Part shown: positions 28,839-38,598 of the stretch, piece after piece | How positions within the stretch are numbered: position 1 is the first letter of the stretch | How the letters are laid out: each line of letters starts with the position of its first letter | From: Planctomycetota bacterium | GTDB taxonomy: Bacteria; Planctomycetota; MHYJ01; WSZJ01 | DNA length: 64,000 nt | Reading direction: 5' to 3' | Assembly (NCBI GenBank): GCA_038060895.1 | Contig: JBBTCT010000005.1 | Coordinates: forward strand, 63,551 to 127,550 | Made by a program: the position numbers and the translations under genes | Notes under the pieces: generated by a model | The model's input: only the letters and a program-made list of their open reading frames with translations | The model's database searches: none | Told to the model about the DNA's origin: nothing

Positions 28839-30494
28839 ATGACTCGCGCTCTGCTGGTGCACCCGGAGTTCAAGGTCGCTTCGTTCTGGAACTACCGCGA
28901 CACCTGCGAACTCGTGGACGCGAAGTACCCGGCGGCGCCGCTCGGGCTCTGCACCGTGGCCGCGATGCTCCCCCAGGACTGGGAGATGCGGCTGGTGGAC
29001 CGGAACGTCGAGAAGTGGGACGACTCGATGCTCGACTGGGCGGACGTGGTGCTGACAGGCGGGATGCTGCCGCAGCAGCTGGACTGCCTCGAAGTCGTCC
29101 GCGCCGCGAAGAAGAAGGGCAAGATCGTCCTCTGCGGCGGGCCGGACGTGACGTCTTCGCCGCACATCTACAAGGAAGCCACCCACCTGGTGCTCGGAGA
29201 AGCGGAAGTCACGCTCCCGAGGTTCCTGGCGGACTTCAAGCTGGGCGTTGCTCAGCCGGTCTACGTGGACCCGAAGATGGCCAACATGGCCGAGTCGCCG
29301 ACGCCGCGCTTCGACCTCCTGAAATTCGACGCGTACAACCACGTCGGCATCCAGTGGTGCCGCGGCTGTCCCTTCCTCTGCGAATTCTGCGACATTATCG
29401 AGCTGTACGGGCGGGTACCGCGGACGAAGACTCACGAGCAGCTGATCGCCGAGCTCCAGAAGCTGTACGACCTCGGCTATCGCGGACACGTCGATCTCGT
29501 CGACGACAACTTCATCGGCAACAAGAAGCTCGCGAAGGAATTCCTGCCGAAGCTCAAGGTGTGGCTCGAGGAGCGCAACTGGCCCTTCGAATTCACGACG
29601 GAAGCGTCGATCAACCTGGCGGACGACGAAGAGCTGATGCAGAAGATGCAGGACGTCGGGTTCTTCGCGATCTTCGTCGGAATCGAGAGCCCGGACGAGG
29701 CGACGCTGATTGCGATGAAGAAGAAGCAGAACACGGGGCGCTCGATCGCGGAAAGCGTCCACACGATCATGCGGCACGGGATGTGGGTGAACGCCGGGTT
29801 CATTCTCGGCTGCGACGGCGAGACGGGCAGCGTCGCGAAGGGCATCATCGACTGCATCGAGGACACGGGAATCCCGGTGAACATGGCAGGGCTCATGTTC
29901 GCGCTGCCGAACACGCAGCTCACGCGCCGCCTTAAGAAAGAGGGGCGCCTGCACGAGAATTTCGACGTCGCGGTGCCGACGGACGGCGACCAGTGCACGG
30001 CGGGGCTGAATTTCGACCCGAAGCGGTCGCGGCTGGACATTCTTCGCGACTACCTGACCGTGATCGAGACGACGTACGCGGCGAAGTCGTATTACGCACG
30101 CGTGCGCAAGACGGCGAGCATGATGAACTCGAAGAAGCGCCGGTTCAAGCCGACGCTGCACCAGATGTGGAAGGAGACGAAGGGGTTCTTCCGGATGGCG
30201 TGGAAGCTCGGGTGCAAGCCGGAGACGGCGTGGCACCACTGGCGCACGTTCATCGGGACGCTGTTCACGAACCCGAAGTCGATCCGCTACATCGGCTCGC
30301 TCTGCGCGCTTTACGTCCATTTCGGCCCGTTCTCGAAGTACGTGGCCGCAAGGATCCGCAAGGGAATCGAGATGATCGAGCGCGAAGAGGCGAACAAGCC
30401 GGTCGCTCCTCCGACGCCGGTCCAGGTGCAGGAAACCTCGACGGCCTCGGCGTCCCCTGCACCGGCAGGCGCGACGGCTTCGCCGGACGCGTAG
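28839..30494 (+). CDS. B12-binding radical SAM protein (HpnP/DUF4070-like)
   Basis: PLGLCTVAAMLP, RGCPFLCEFCDI (CxxxCxxC), VDDNFIGNK, GIESPD. Confidence 0.9.
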   Translation: MTRALLVHPEFKVASFWNYRDTCELVDAKYPAAPLGLCTVAAMLPQDWEMRLVDRNVEKWDDSMLDWADVVLTGGMLPQQLDCLEVVRAAKKKGKIVLCGGPDVTSSPHIYKEATHLVLGEAEVTLPRFLADFKLGVAQPVYVDPKMANMAESPTPRFDLLKFDAYNHVGIQWCRGCPFLCEFCDIIELYGRVPRTKTHEQLIAELQKLYDLGYRGHVDLVDDNFIGNKKLAKEFLPKLKVWLEERNWPFEFTTEASINLADDEELMQKMQDVGFFAIFVGIESPDEATLIAMKKKQNTGRSIAESVHTIMRHGMWVNAGFILGCDGETGSVAKGIIDCIEDTGIPVNMAGLMFALPNTQLTRRLKKEGRLHENFDVAVPTDGDQCTAGLNFDPKRSRLDILRDYLTVIETTYAAKSYYARVRKTASMMNSKKRRFKPTLHQMWKETKGFFRMAWKLGCKPETAWHHWRTFIGTLFTNPKSIRYIGSLCALYVHFGPFSKYVAARIRKGIEMIEREEANKPVAPPTPVQVQETSTASASPAPAGATASPDA

Positions 30495-30523
30495 CGGTTC
30501 CGATGGATTTGTGAGGCGAGCAG

Positions 30524-31207
30524 TTGCGGGGAACACTCCCCTTGCCCGCCGCGTTACACTTCCACCTTCCCACGTTCCCGGAAACAGCCATTCACCACGC
30601 CCGCCTGGTTCCCGCGCTCGCCGCCATCTTCGCCATCTCCCTCTTCGCCTTCGCCGAGGATCCGCCGAAAGACGACGGCAAGGCGCGCCAGGAATCCGAG
30701 GCCCGCTTCAATGAGTTCTGCCGTGCCTGGCGCCGGAGCGCGGCTCCCATGGAAGAAGGACTGACGAGAACCTTCACCTTCGAGGCGAAAGGCGGCGAGG
30801 TGCCGCTCACGGGAACGGTGGAGATTCTCACCCGGGTTCCGGACCCGGAATCCGTGGTCTTCGAGAAGAAGGTGAAGCTGGACAACGAAGAAGAACTGAA
30901 GGGCAAGCGAGTCGAGCTTCCTCCGCTGATCGCGGCGCGCGTCTGGGCGGAGCCGCCGCCCCTGATGTTCCCGGAAAAAGTGGTCGTGACGCTGGAGAAG
31001 GACGTGGAAGTAAAGGTCGGAGAGAAGACCCTGAAGTGCCTGAAGCTGACGCTCACGACGGGCGAAGATGCGCCGGTTCCGAACCTGAACATGTCGTACT
31101 GGATCTGCGAAGAGGAGCACCTCGGACTCGTGCGCGCAACGCAGTCCTCGGGGACCGGGAAATCCATGACTCTTCAACTGGCCGGCTGGAAGTCTGCCGA
31201 AAAATAG
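30524..31207 (+). CDS. Hypothetical exported protein (start uncertain)
   Basis: Signal-like LVPALAAIFAISLFAFA; coding-like codon usage. Confidence 0.55.
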   Translation: MRGTLPLPAALHFHLPTFPETAIHHARLVPALAAIFAISLFAFAEDPPKDDGKARQESEARFNEFCRAWRRSAAPMEEGLTRTFTFEAKGGEVPLTGTVEILTRVPDPESVVFEKKVKLDNEEELKGKRVELPPLIAARVWAEPPPLMFPEKVVVTLEKDVEVKVGEKTLKCLKLTLTTGEDAPVPNLNMSYWICEEEHLGLVRATQSSGTGKSMTLQLAGWKSAEK

Positions 31208-31219
31208 CAGGGACCCAGG

Positions 31220-31693
31220 ATGACAACGATCAAGCGACTTGCGCCGGTCCGGGGAATCGTCGTCCAGTCGGTGACGCGCATTCACGCCCCCCCGGCGAGG
31301 GTGTGGCGGGCGCTTACGCAGGAAACCCGGAAGTGGTGGCCGAAGGGGATGACGGTCAACCCGAAGGCCAGGGGAGTCACGATCGAATCGCGGCTCGGGG
31401 GGCGCTTCTTTGAGGACTGGGGCGGCGGTAACGGGCTGACGTGGTGGACGGTGATCGGCCTGCGAAAAGGCGGCTGGCTCGAGCTCTCGGGGGCCCTGGA
31501 AGCCGAGATGGGAGGGCCGGGGGTGACGCTTGCGCGAATTCTGCTGCGGGCGAACGGGAAGGACACCGACCTGCACCTCGTGGACAACCTGTGGGGCCCG
31601 ATCCCTCGCGGGGAAGAAAAGAACATCGCGCGCGGATGGGATGCCCTGGCGCGGGAGCTCAAGGCGTACGTGGAGAAGCGCGGAAAGCGATGA
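31220..31693 (+). CDS. SRPBCC/AHSA1-like protein
   Basis: I.APPARVWRALT..WW and C-terminal GW..L..ELKAYVE. Confidence 0.8.
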   Translation: MTTIKRLAPVRGIVVQSVTRIHAPPARVWRALTQETRKWWPKGMTVNPKARGVTIESRLGGRFFEDWGGGNGLTWWTVIGLRKGGWLELSGALEAEMGGPGVTLARILLRANGKDTDLHLVDNLWGPIPRGEEKNIARGWDALARELKAYVEKRGKR

Positions 31694-32568
31694 TCCGGAA
31701 CTCGCTCGTCCTGGTGCTTGTCCTTCCGTTTGCGTCCGCATGCGGCCGGTCGGAAAACGGCGGGCCGGCCTCCCCGGCAACGCCGGGAACTCCGGGGGCG
31801 ACGACCGCCTCGAATCCAGTGCCGGCGAAAGAACCGCCCGTCAAGCGCCCGCCCCTGGTCCGCCAGCAGGGCCGCTACTTCGCGTGGGCCATGCCGCAGG
31901 GCTGGAGATTCAACGAGACGGCCAACGGCGTAGACGTCTACGCGCCGGATGAAAAGGCGGGAGCGGGCGTCTCGGTCGTCTTCAATTATCCGGGGCAGAC
32001 GACGCCGGAGCGCGTCATCGACCGGGTGGATGAGCTTCTCGGGATCACCGACGCGAATGTCGTGAAAGAGAAACCGCTTCCCGACGTGATGGGCTACGGC
32101 GGGCTCCCGTGGAAGCTGCTCGAGCGCGATTACAAGTACACGTTTAAAGGGCTGAAGGCGCGGCGCAAGTCGACGGCAGGAGTTCAGTCGTACGGAAACG
32201 GGTTCCACGCGGCGCTGGGATACTACTCGTGCGAAGCGAAGAAGTGGGATGAGCTTTCGACGTGGCTGGTCGCTATCGTGAATTCGATCGTGGTCACGAA
32301 CCCACGGCAGCTGGCGAATCTCGACAAGGTGAGTCTTCCGAAGAACAACCCGATGGATCACGATGCGCTGCGGGGGTACTGGAAGGAGAAGGGTCTATCG
32401 GAGGACCGGATCGCGCAGGGGCAGCGCGAGGGAATGATGGGGTACGAGGAGATGGAGTCGCGCGATACCGGGAAGACCTTCCAGATGCCGCTGGAGACGT
32501 ACGACGCGACGAAGGGCGGGTACCACAATCCGGACAACTTTGACGAGATCCTGCAGAAGCCGGACTAG
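31690..32568 (+). CDS. Hypothetical lipoprotein
   Basis: ATGA overlap; signal ending FASAC; WAMPQGW. Confidence 0.65.
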   Translation: MIRNSLVLVLVLPFASACGRSENGGPASPATPGTPGATTASNPVPAKEPPVKRPPLVRQQGRYFAWAMPQGWRFNETANGVDVYAPDEKAGAGVSVVFNYPGQTTPERVIDRVDELLGITDANVVKEKPLPDVMGYGGLPWKLLERDYKYTFKGLKARRKSTAGVQSYGNGFHAALGYYSCEAKKWDELSTWLVAIVNSIVVTNPRQLANLDKVSLPKNNPMDHDALRGYWKEKGLSEDRIAQGQREGMMGYEEMESRDTGKTFQMPLETYDATKGGYHNPDNFDEILQKPD

Positions 32569-33740
32569 AAACCGTCCGTCGTGTAGGGGATCGGACCGGC
32601 GAACAGAGCCCGGAGGAGCGGCAACTTCGCTTCCGGAGCGTCGAGGAGCCCGGCGAGGTGAAGTTCGTCGGGACTCATGAAGCCCGCGTAGAGAGGCGCG
32701 AGGCCTCGAATTGGCAGGCGGATGCCGCCTGATCCTCCCCGCTCGACCCGTCCCCGGCCGTCCTTCACTCGCAGCCGCCACTTCCCTGCGTTGGACGGCA
32801 GAACGGAATCCTCAAGGTCGAAATCTATGGTGGCCTCGAATCCCGCGGGCCATCCGCGCTGCTCGAACGCCCGCTTCACGTCCACGATGCGCATCATCCA
32901 GCGCTTGGCGCGCTCCACTTCGAGGTGCTGTTCGTCGGCGAGCAGGTGGATGAGGTCCGCGGGTGAGCCGGTCCCCAGGATGGCGTCGCACACGGACCGC
33001 TGGTCGGAGAGATGGGTGAGGAGCCGGCGCGCGGCCGCAGGGGTCGTCGCGACGAAATCCCGGACGGCCAGGTCAAAGAAGCGGCCCGCCTTGGATTCGC
33101 GGAGCGCACAGACAACGTACCCTTCCGGCCGGCCGCCACGCAACGCGAGCGTCGTCTCGCGCGGCTCGTCCTTCGTGGACAGGACCCGCTTCCAGAACCA
33201 CTCCGTTCGCCGCAGCAGGCCTGATGTCCTCTTCGCCGCTTCGTCGTGAAGCCGCCGGAGGATTGCGCCGTCGCGCTTCGTCGCAAGCCGGACTTCGAGT
33301 GCGCGGTCGCGGAAGACGAAGTCGCGGGCGCGGACGCGCCAGGCCAGGTGGAGCCCCGCCTGTTCCCAGCCGGCGCCGCGGTAGAGGGGCTGCGTCGAGG
33401 GGAAGAGCGTCGAGACTGCGGCGCCGCGGCGGGCCATTTCGCGGAGGCATTCGGCCATGAGGGCGGGAGCGAGGCCGTGGCCGCGCGCTTCGGAAGCGGT
33501 CGCGACGCAGGCAATCCCGATGTTTGAAACGGAGCGCCCCCCGAACCAGATGCCGCAAGGAAGCATCACCAACCCGCCAACGGTCGTCCCGCCGTGGCGT
33601 ACGGCAAGGACCTGCCGCGCCCCGGCACCCCGGAGGTATCGCGCGAATCCGTCCGGTTTCCCGTTGTACGAGCGCGCCATGACGACCGCCGCAGCGCGGA
33701 GGCCGGAAGAGTTCCGGACGGGCGAAATGGCGGGTTTCAT
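32565..33740 (-). CDS. Eis-like GNAT acetyltransferase (with SCP2-like C-terminus)
   Basis: IACVAT..EARGHGLA, STLFPS..LYR..GW, M.RIVDV, D..LP.N.G.W. Confidence 0.88.
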   Translation of the reverse strand: MKPAISPVRNSSGLRAAAVVMARSYNGKPDGFARYLRGAGARQVLAVRHGGTTVGGLVMLPCGIWFGGRSVSNIGIACVATASEARGHGLAPALMAECLREMARRGAAVSTLFPSTQPLYRGAGWEQAGLHLAWRVRARDFVFRDRALEVRLATKRDGAILRRLHDEAAKRTSGLLRRTEWFWKRVLSTKDEPRETTLALRGGRPEGYVVCALRESKAGRFFDLAVRDFVATTPAAARRLLTHLSDQRSVCDAILGTGSPADLIHLLADEQHLEVERAKRWMMRIVDVKRAFEQRGWPAGFEATIDFDLEDSVLPSNAGKWRLRVKDGRGRVERGGSGGIRLPIRGLAPLYAGFMSPDELHLAGLLDAPEAKLPLLRALFAGPIPYTTDGF

Positions 33741-33864
33741 GGCCGGTGGATTCTACAAACCGAATCGAGGGAATACGGTTCCCTCTTCCGGCGTATTCAT
33801 TCTGTCGCTAGAATTCCCCTTCCCGTCCATGAGGCCGGGACATACCACAACCAGGAGATTTTCA

Positions 33865-34497
33865 ATGACGATGAGTTCCACGTGGGCCGCCCGGTTCGGC
33901 GCGGCTGTGTTCGGCGCCGTGCTGTCCTTCGCGATTCCCGCCTATGCCGGCGACGGCTGTTGCGGCGAAGCCAAGGAAGAGAAAGTTGTCTCGGCCGCCA
34001 CGCCGCAGGAATGCTTCAAGGAAGCGGCCTGCGCGATCCAGAAGGGCGACACGAAGGCGCTTGCTTCGCAGCTGAGCGTGAAGTCGAACGAGCTCGCGGC
34101 GAAGAAGGGCGAGGAGATGAAGGAAGGCGTGAGCAAGTGCGAGGCGACGCAGAAGAAGCTGAACGTGACGGCGGAGAAGGTGAAGGAGATGTCCGGCAAG
34201 GACCTCATGCTGACCATGATGATCTGCAAGGTGAAGGAAGCGATTGCGGCGGCGAAGAAGGGCGAGGCGGAGAAGGAAGCCGGCTGCGATGATGGCGGAT
34301 GCTGCGGCGAAGAGAAGAAGGACGAGTGCTGCGACATCAAGGACGTGAAGATCGACGGCGACAAGGCTACGGCGCTGTGCCCGCTCGGCCAGCCGCTGGC
34401 GTTCGTGAAGGAAGAAGGCGCCTGGAAGATGGACATCACCGGGATGCTCGAGAAGGGTTGCGACGGCGGCAAGTGCGAGGAAAAGGCGAGCGAGTAG
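33865..34497 (+). CDS. Exported Cys-rich hypothetical protein
   Basis: RBS AGGAG, signal peptide ending AYA, several CC motifs, 'IDGDKATA...FVKEEGAWK'. Confidence 0.7.
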   Translation: MTMSSTWAARFGAAVFGAVLSFAIPAYAGDGCCGEAKEEKVVSAATPQECFKEAACAIQKGDTKALASQLSVKSNELAAKKGEEMKEGVSKCEATQKKLNVTAEKVKEMSGKDLMLTMMICKVKEAIAAAKKGEAEKEAGCDDGGCCGEEKKDECCDIKDVKIDGDKATALCPLGQPLAFVKEEGAWKMDITGMLEKGCDGGKCEEKASE

Positions 34498-34519
34498 TCG
34501 CCCGAGGACAAGGAAGCAG

Positions 34520-34555
34520 AACGCCGGGCAGCGATGGCTGCCCGGCGTTTTTTTT
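34520..34555 (+). terminator. Rho-independent terminator
   Basis: aacgccgggcagc-gatg-gctgcccggcgtt followed by a T-run. Confidence 0.88.
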
Positions 34556-34816
34556 GCCCGTCCTGCCCGCGGAAGCCCCCGCGCGCTCGCTTCCAGGGGA
34601 ATTCGCGTGACCGGGGAGCGACTGCAGGTCCTCGAAGGGCACAGCGGCACGGTCATCGGCACGGCGTTCGCCAGGGACAGATCCCGCTGCCTGCCGACGG
34701 CCGCCGACGTGACCAGCCGCTGAGGGATACGACGACCGGGAATAGGGTTTCGGTCCTCGCCTGGCCTCGCATCCCGATGGCCGGAGGCGGCAGCGGCCAG
34801 GCCAAAGAAGCAGGGC

Positions 34817-35578
34817 CTATCGCGGTTTTGTCGCGACCGCGACCAGCCGTGCCGCGTTCACGCCGTACTCGCCGCCGTCGAGGCTGCCGAAGAGCCGAAC
34901 GCCGGTGAACCCGGCCGCTTCGAGCAGGTCCCGGAGCTCCTGGCCCGAATAAATGGTGTGGTGGAAGCGGAACGTGCGCGACTTCCCCTTGCGGATCACG
35001 ACCCACTCGTTCCGGATGCGTGTCCAATCGTCGAAGATTTCGTGCCGCTCGACGAGCCAGCCGCCGCCGGGGAGGCGCTGGGACGTGGTCGGCTGGAAAA
35101 TTTTCGCAAGGCGCTCCTTGCCGTTCAGTTCAATGACGAAAACCCCGCCGGGCTTGAGCGATGCAAACACGTTTCCGAGCACGCGACGGTCCTCTTCCTT
35201 CCTGTCGAAGTAACCGAAGGACGTGAAGAGGCTGATCGCGAGGTCGAACGTGTCCGGACGCACGAAGTCGCGCATGTCGGAGAACACCCATTCGATTTTC
35301 ACCCGCGCGGACTTCGCCAGCGTTTTCGCCTTGTCCATCAGGAAGCGCGTCCGATCGACGCCCGTGACTCGATACCCGCGCTTCGCCAGTTCCACCGAGC
35401 ACCGCCCGGGCCCGCTGCAGAGGTCGAGAACAGCCTTCCCGCGCGGCTTCGCGAGACGGAGAAGCGAGGTCATTTCCGCAGGCGTCGCTTCGAGTCGTGA
35501 AGTCGGGAACATGAACGGGTACGTCACGCGCCAGAACGACTCGTCGTCGAACCACTCGCGGGTGCGGGCTGAGGGCAT
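34817..35578 (-). CDS. Class I SAM-dependent methyltransferase
   Basis: VLDLCSGPGR, VTGVD, DMR, FTSFGYF, LKPGG. Confidence 0.9.
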   Translation of the reverse strand: MPSARTREWFDDESFWRVTYPFMFPTSRLEATPAEMTSLLRLAKPRGKAVLDLCSGPGRCSVELAKRGYRVTGVDRTRFLMDKAKTLAKSARVKIEWVFSDMRDFVRPDTFDLAISLFTSFGYFDRKEEDRRVLGNVFASLKPGGVFVIELNGKERLAKIFQPTTSQRLPGGGWLVERHEIFDDWTRIRNEWVVIRKGKSRTFRFHHTIYSGQELRDLLEAAGFTGVRLFGSLDGGEYGVNAARLVAVATKPR

Positions 35579-35719
35579 GAAGTTGATCTCCCGGGGGAAG
35601 CGGCCAATCTACCCCATGTCGCGGCGGGGAGTGCGACCGGCGCGGAATTCCGATTATTCGGGGGCATTGCCCGTACTCGTTCGTATCAGGATGAAATTCC
35701 ATCCCCACGGGAGGGCCCG

Positions 35720-36589
35720 ATGAAGGCATTGATGGCGATCACGTCCGTTCTCTCGCTCGCGCTGGTCTGCAGGGCTGAGGACGATCCCGTGGAGGTCCTG
35801 CGGGAAGCACTGAAGGCGACGGAGTCCGCGGGCGGGTTCCGCTGCGAGGGCGGCGTGAAGCGGGATGGCGGCAACGCGATGGTCCAGATCGGCGGGATGG
35901 GCGGTGGCGGCCGCGCCGTGACGGGGACGATGGAGTGCCGGGTGGATGCGGACGGCGACACCGAGTTCCGGCTGTCGAGCGGCGATGACGAGATTCTCGT
36001 CGTGCGCGCCGGCGGCAAGACGGTCAAGCAGGCGACCTGGACCGGACAGGCGCCCGACGTTGACGCATTCGCCGCGACGGCTTCGAAGCTGCTGTCCTGG
36101 AAATCGCTTCGCTCCGGGCTCAAGAAATCGAAGAAGGCGAAGCTGGTGCGCGATGGCGCGGTGGACGTCGTCACCCTGCGCCTCCCGAACACCTTCCTCG
36201 ACCAGGAAAGGGACGCCTCGGGCGGCCCGCAAATGAGCGCCCTGGTCGAGGGATCGTTCATCGAGACGCGCGGGATCGATGCACGCTTTGAGATCGACCA
36301 CGAGAGCGGCCTGTTGCGCGCGATGAAGTTCGAGGTCCGTCGTGGCTACGGCGACGCGATCCTCTCGGCGGTGGAGGAGCACGGCGGAAAGAAGCGCGGG
36401 TACGGGGAGTGGGGCGATGAGGACCCGGGGAAGGACGAGGAAGAGGACGACGAAACTGGCGAGGCCGAAGTGAAGAAAGCGGACGCGGCGGGCGCGCTGA
36501 AGATGTCGGACACGAAGACAACCTGGGAGTTCCGGGGGATCGATCTCGACGCGGACATCGACGTGAAACTTTCCAAGGCACGGAAATAG
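35720..36589 (+). CDS. Exported hypothetical protein
   Basis: Signal peptide; beta-rich sequence; acidic loop. Confidence 0.6.
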   Translation: MKALMAITSVLSLALVCRAEDDPVEVLREALKATESAGGFRCEGGVKRDGGNAMVQIGGMGGGGRAVTGTMECRVDADGDTEFRLSSGDDEILVVRAGGKTVKQATWTGQAPDVDAFAATASKLLSWKSLRSGLKKSKKAKLVRDGAVDVVTLRLPNTFLDQERDASGGPQMSALVEGSFIETRGIDARFEIDHESGLLRAMKFEVRRGYGDAILSAVEEHGGKKRGYGEWGDEDPGKDEEEDDETGEAEVKKADAAGALKMSDTKTTWEFRGIDLDADIDVKLSKARK

Positions 36590-36597
36590 GAGCCCCC

Positions 36598-37992
36598 ATG
36601 CTGACATCGCTGACCCTGCTGGCCGCCGCCACCGTGACGCTTGGCCTCCGCGCCGATGGAGACACCTGGGATGCCGCCAAGGCCGCGCGCGCCGTCCCCG
36701 GCGTCGAGAACACGCAGTCCGGCGAAGGCGAGCTGCGCTTCGACGTCAACAAACCGGTCTCCATGGCCGCCCTGCGCGAGTCGCTCGGCCTCGCCGGCTG
36801 GAAACTGGACGAGAAGCGCACGACGCTGCGCGCGCCTCTGTCGATCCGCGTGGACGGCCGCGGCGCGGACGCGACGGCGATTCTCGACACGAATCTCTGG
36901 CTCCTTCCCGCGCTGCGCGCTCTCGGCGGCGAAGCGAAAATCGAGGACCTCGATCCGCGGATGTGCCTGCGCATCCGCTTCTCCCCGCAGGACGGCGTGA
37001 CGTTTCGCCAGATCCGCGACGTCGTCGAAAAATCGAAAGCCTTCGCGCTGAGGGAGGGGCGCGCGTACGACCTCGTGGACGTTTCCGTGCTCCCAGAGGG
37101 AGGGCCGGATTCGTTGCGGTGGGAGAGGCTGCTTGAGCTGACGGGCGGGGTGAAGTGGGAAACGGATCCTGAGGCGGCGATCGCGCGCGCCGAGAAGGAG
37201 AATCGCCCGATCTTCCTCATGATCACGAGCGACTGCTGAGCGGGAGAGACCGCCTTGAGAGCCGTGCCGCTCTCCGAAAACGACCTGATCGACCTGCTTA
37301 ACCTGCGCTTCGTCGCGATCTCTTTCGACCTCAAGAGCGTGCAGACGAACCCGGGAGCGCTTCGCCGCATTGAGAAGCTCGACAAGTGCTTCAGCGCCCC
37401 GCAGATTTTCGTCGCGAAGCCCTCGGGAAAGCTCCTCTACCACACGCTGATGGCCGGCGCACCGTCGCTGATCAAGACTCTCAGGTGCGTTCTTTCGAAA
37501 AACCCTGAATTGAACCATCCGTCCGCCGAGGAAGAGAAGGCACCGGCCGCGCTCGACCGTCTCGAGCTGGCCCTGCGCGCGATGGACCGCAAGCTCGCGG
37601 AGACGATCATCGCCGGCATCCAGGAAAAGTCCGCGCGGCTCCAGATTCTCCGCGCCCGTCTCGCCCGCCGCCTCGGGAACACCGAAGAGGCGCTTCAGCA
37701 CCTCGACGGACTCGATGGCGTCGACGCCGGCCTCGAGCGCGTCGCGGTCCAGATGGGCGGGCGGAATTGGACGGACGCAGAAGCTGCGCTTGTGAAGCTC
37801 GAAGCGACCCCGCAGGTCCGCTATCTCCGGGGGCTGATTGCTTACCTCCAACGCGACGACGACCGCGCCGTAGACCTCTGGTCGAAAGCGATCGCGGCCG
37901 CGCCGGATGACCCGTGGAGCCTGCGCGCTTCGTGGAAGATGTTCGCGCTTGGGATGATCGGCGACAGCCACGTCACGGAAAGCCTGCGGTGA
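36598..37992 (+). CDS. Probable selenoprotein: thioredoxin-like domain with CU motif (SelN-like) + TPR; UGA at 37237-37239
   Basis: ORFs 36598..37239 and 37255..37992 are in frame and read 'W.TD.EAAIARAEKENRPIFLMITSDC-U-AGETALRAVPLSENDLIDLLNLRFV'; hairpin 37257-37274. Confidence 0.72.
37257..37274 (+). promoter_or_regulatory. Candidate bacterial SECIS hairpin
   Basis: GAGAGC-CGTGCC-GCTCTC starting 17 nt after the UGA. Confidence 0.5.
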
Positions 37993-38004
37993 CCGGTCCC
38001 CGCC

Positions 38005-38598
38005 ATGGAGATCGCCTTGCTGACGAAGGGTCCTCCCCAGGTCGCACCGGATCGCACGGACGAGGACCTCGTCCGCGACCTGGCCACCGGTTCGACGGCG
38101 GCGCTCGACGCGCTCATGGCCCGGCACGGGCGCGCGGTCGCGACGCTTCTCGACCGGACGCTTCACGACCGCTCGTGGATCGACGACATTTCGCAGGAGA
38201 CGTTCGTACGCGTGTTCCGGCGCGCCTCGACGTTCCGGCCGGGCATGACCTTCAAGCCGTGGCTCTACGCGATCGCGCTCAATCTTTCGCGGGACCAGAA
38301 TCGCCGGTGGGGCTTCTGGAAGCGATTTCTCAGGACGCATCCCATCCGCGAGGTGGCGCCGGCGGCGCCGGACACGGAGCGGGTGAGACTTGTGAGGGAA
38401 GCGCTTTCAGACCTGCCGGAGGATTTTCGGGAAGTGCTGGTGCTCTGCGAAATCGAGGGGTTGTCGTATGCGGAGGCATCCGAGGCGACGGGGAGTCCGG
38501 CAAAGACGGTGAGTTCGCGGCTGGCGAGGGCGCGCGACCGTTTCCGCGAAGCCTGGCTGCGTCGTCATCCGGGGGAGGGCGCCGATGAGTTGCGCTGA
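38005..38598 (+). CDS. ECF RNA polymerase sigma factor
   Basis: D.SQETFVRV, F.PWLY.IALN, L.E.FREVLVL..IEGLSY.E...TV.SRLARAR. Confidence 0.92.
   Translation: MEIALLTKGPPQVAPDRTDEDLVRDLATGSTAALDALMARHGRAVATLLDRTLHDRSWIDDISQETFVRVFRRASTFRPGMTFKPWLYAIALNLSRDQNRRWGFWKRFLRTHPIREVAPAAPDTERVRLVREALSDLPEDFREVLVLCEIEGLSYAEASEATGSPAKTVSSRLARARDRFREAWLRRHPGEGADELR

Noticed and set aside
28839-30494. Naming the radical SAM gene hpnP
   Set aside because: Family-level motifs only and no hopanoid genes in the window; substrate cannot be assigned.
37237-37254. Treating the in-frame TGAs (37237 and 46013) as simple pseudogene stops or as genetic-code reassignment
   Set aside because: Both fall at redox-Cys positions with equally spaced hairpins, and many other genes here end normally in TGA.
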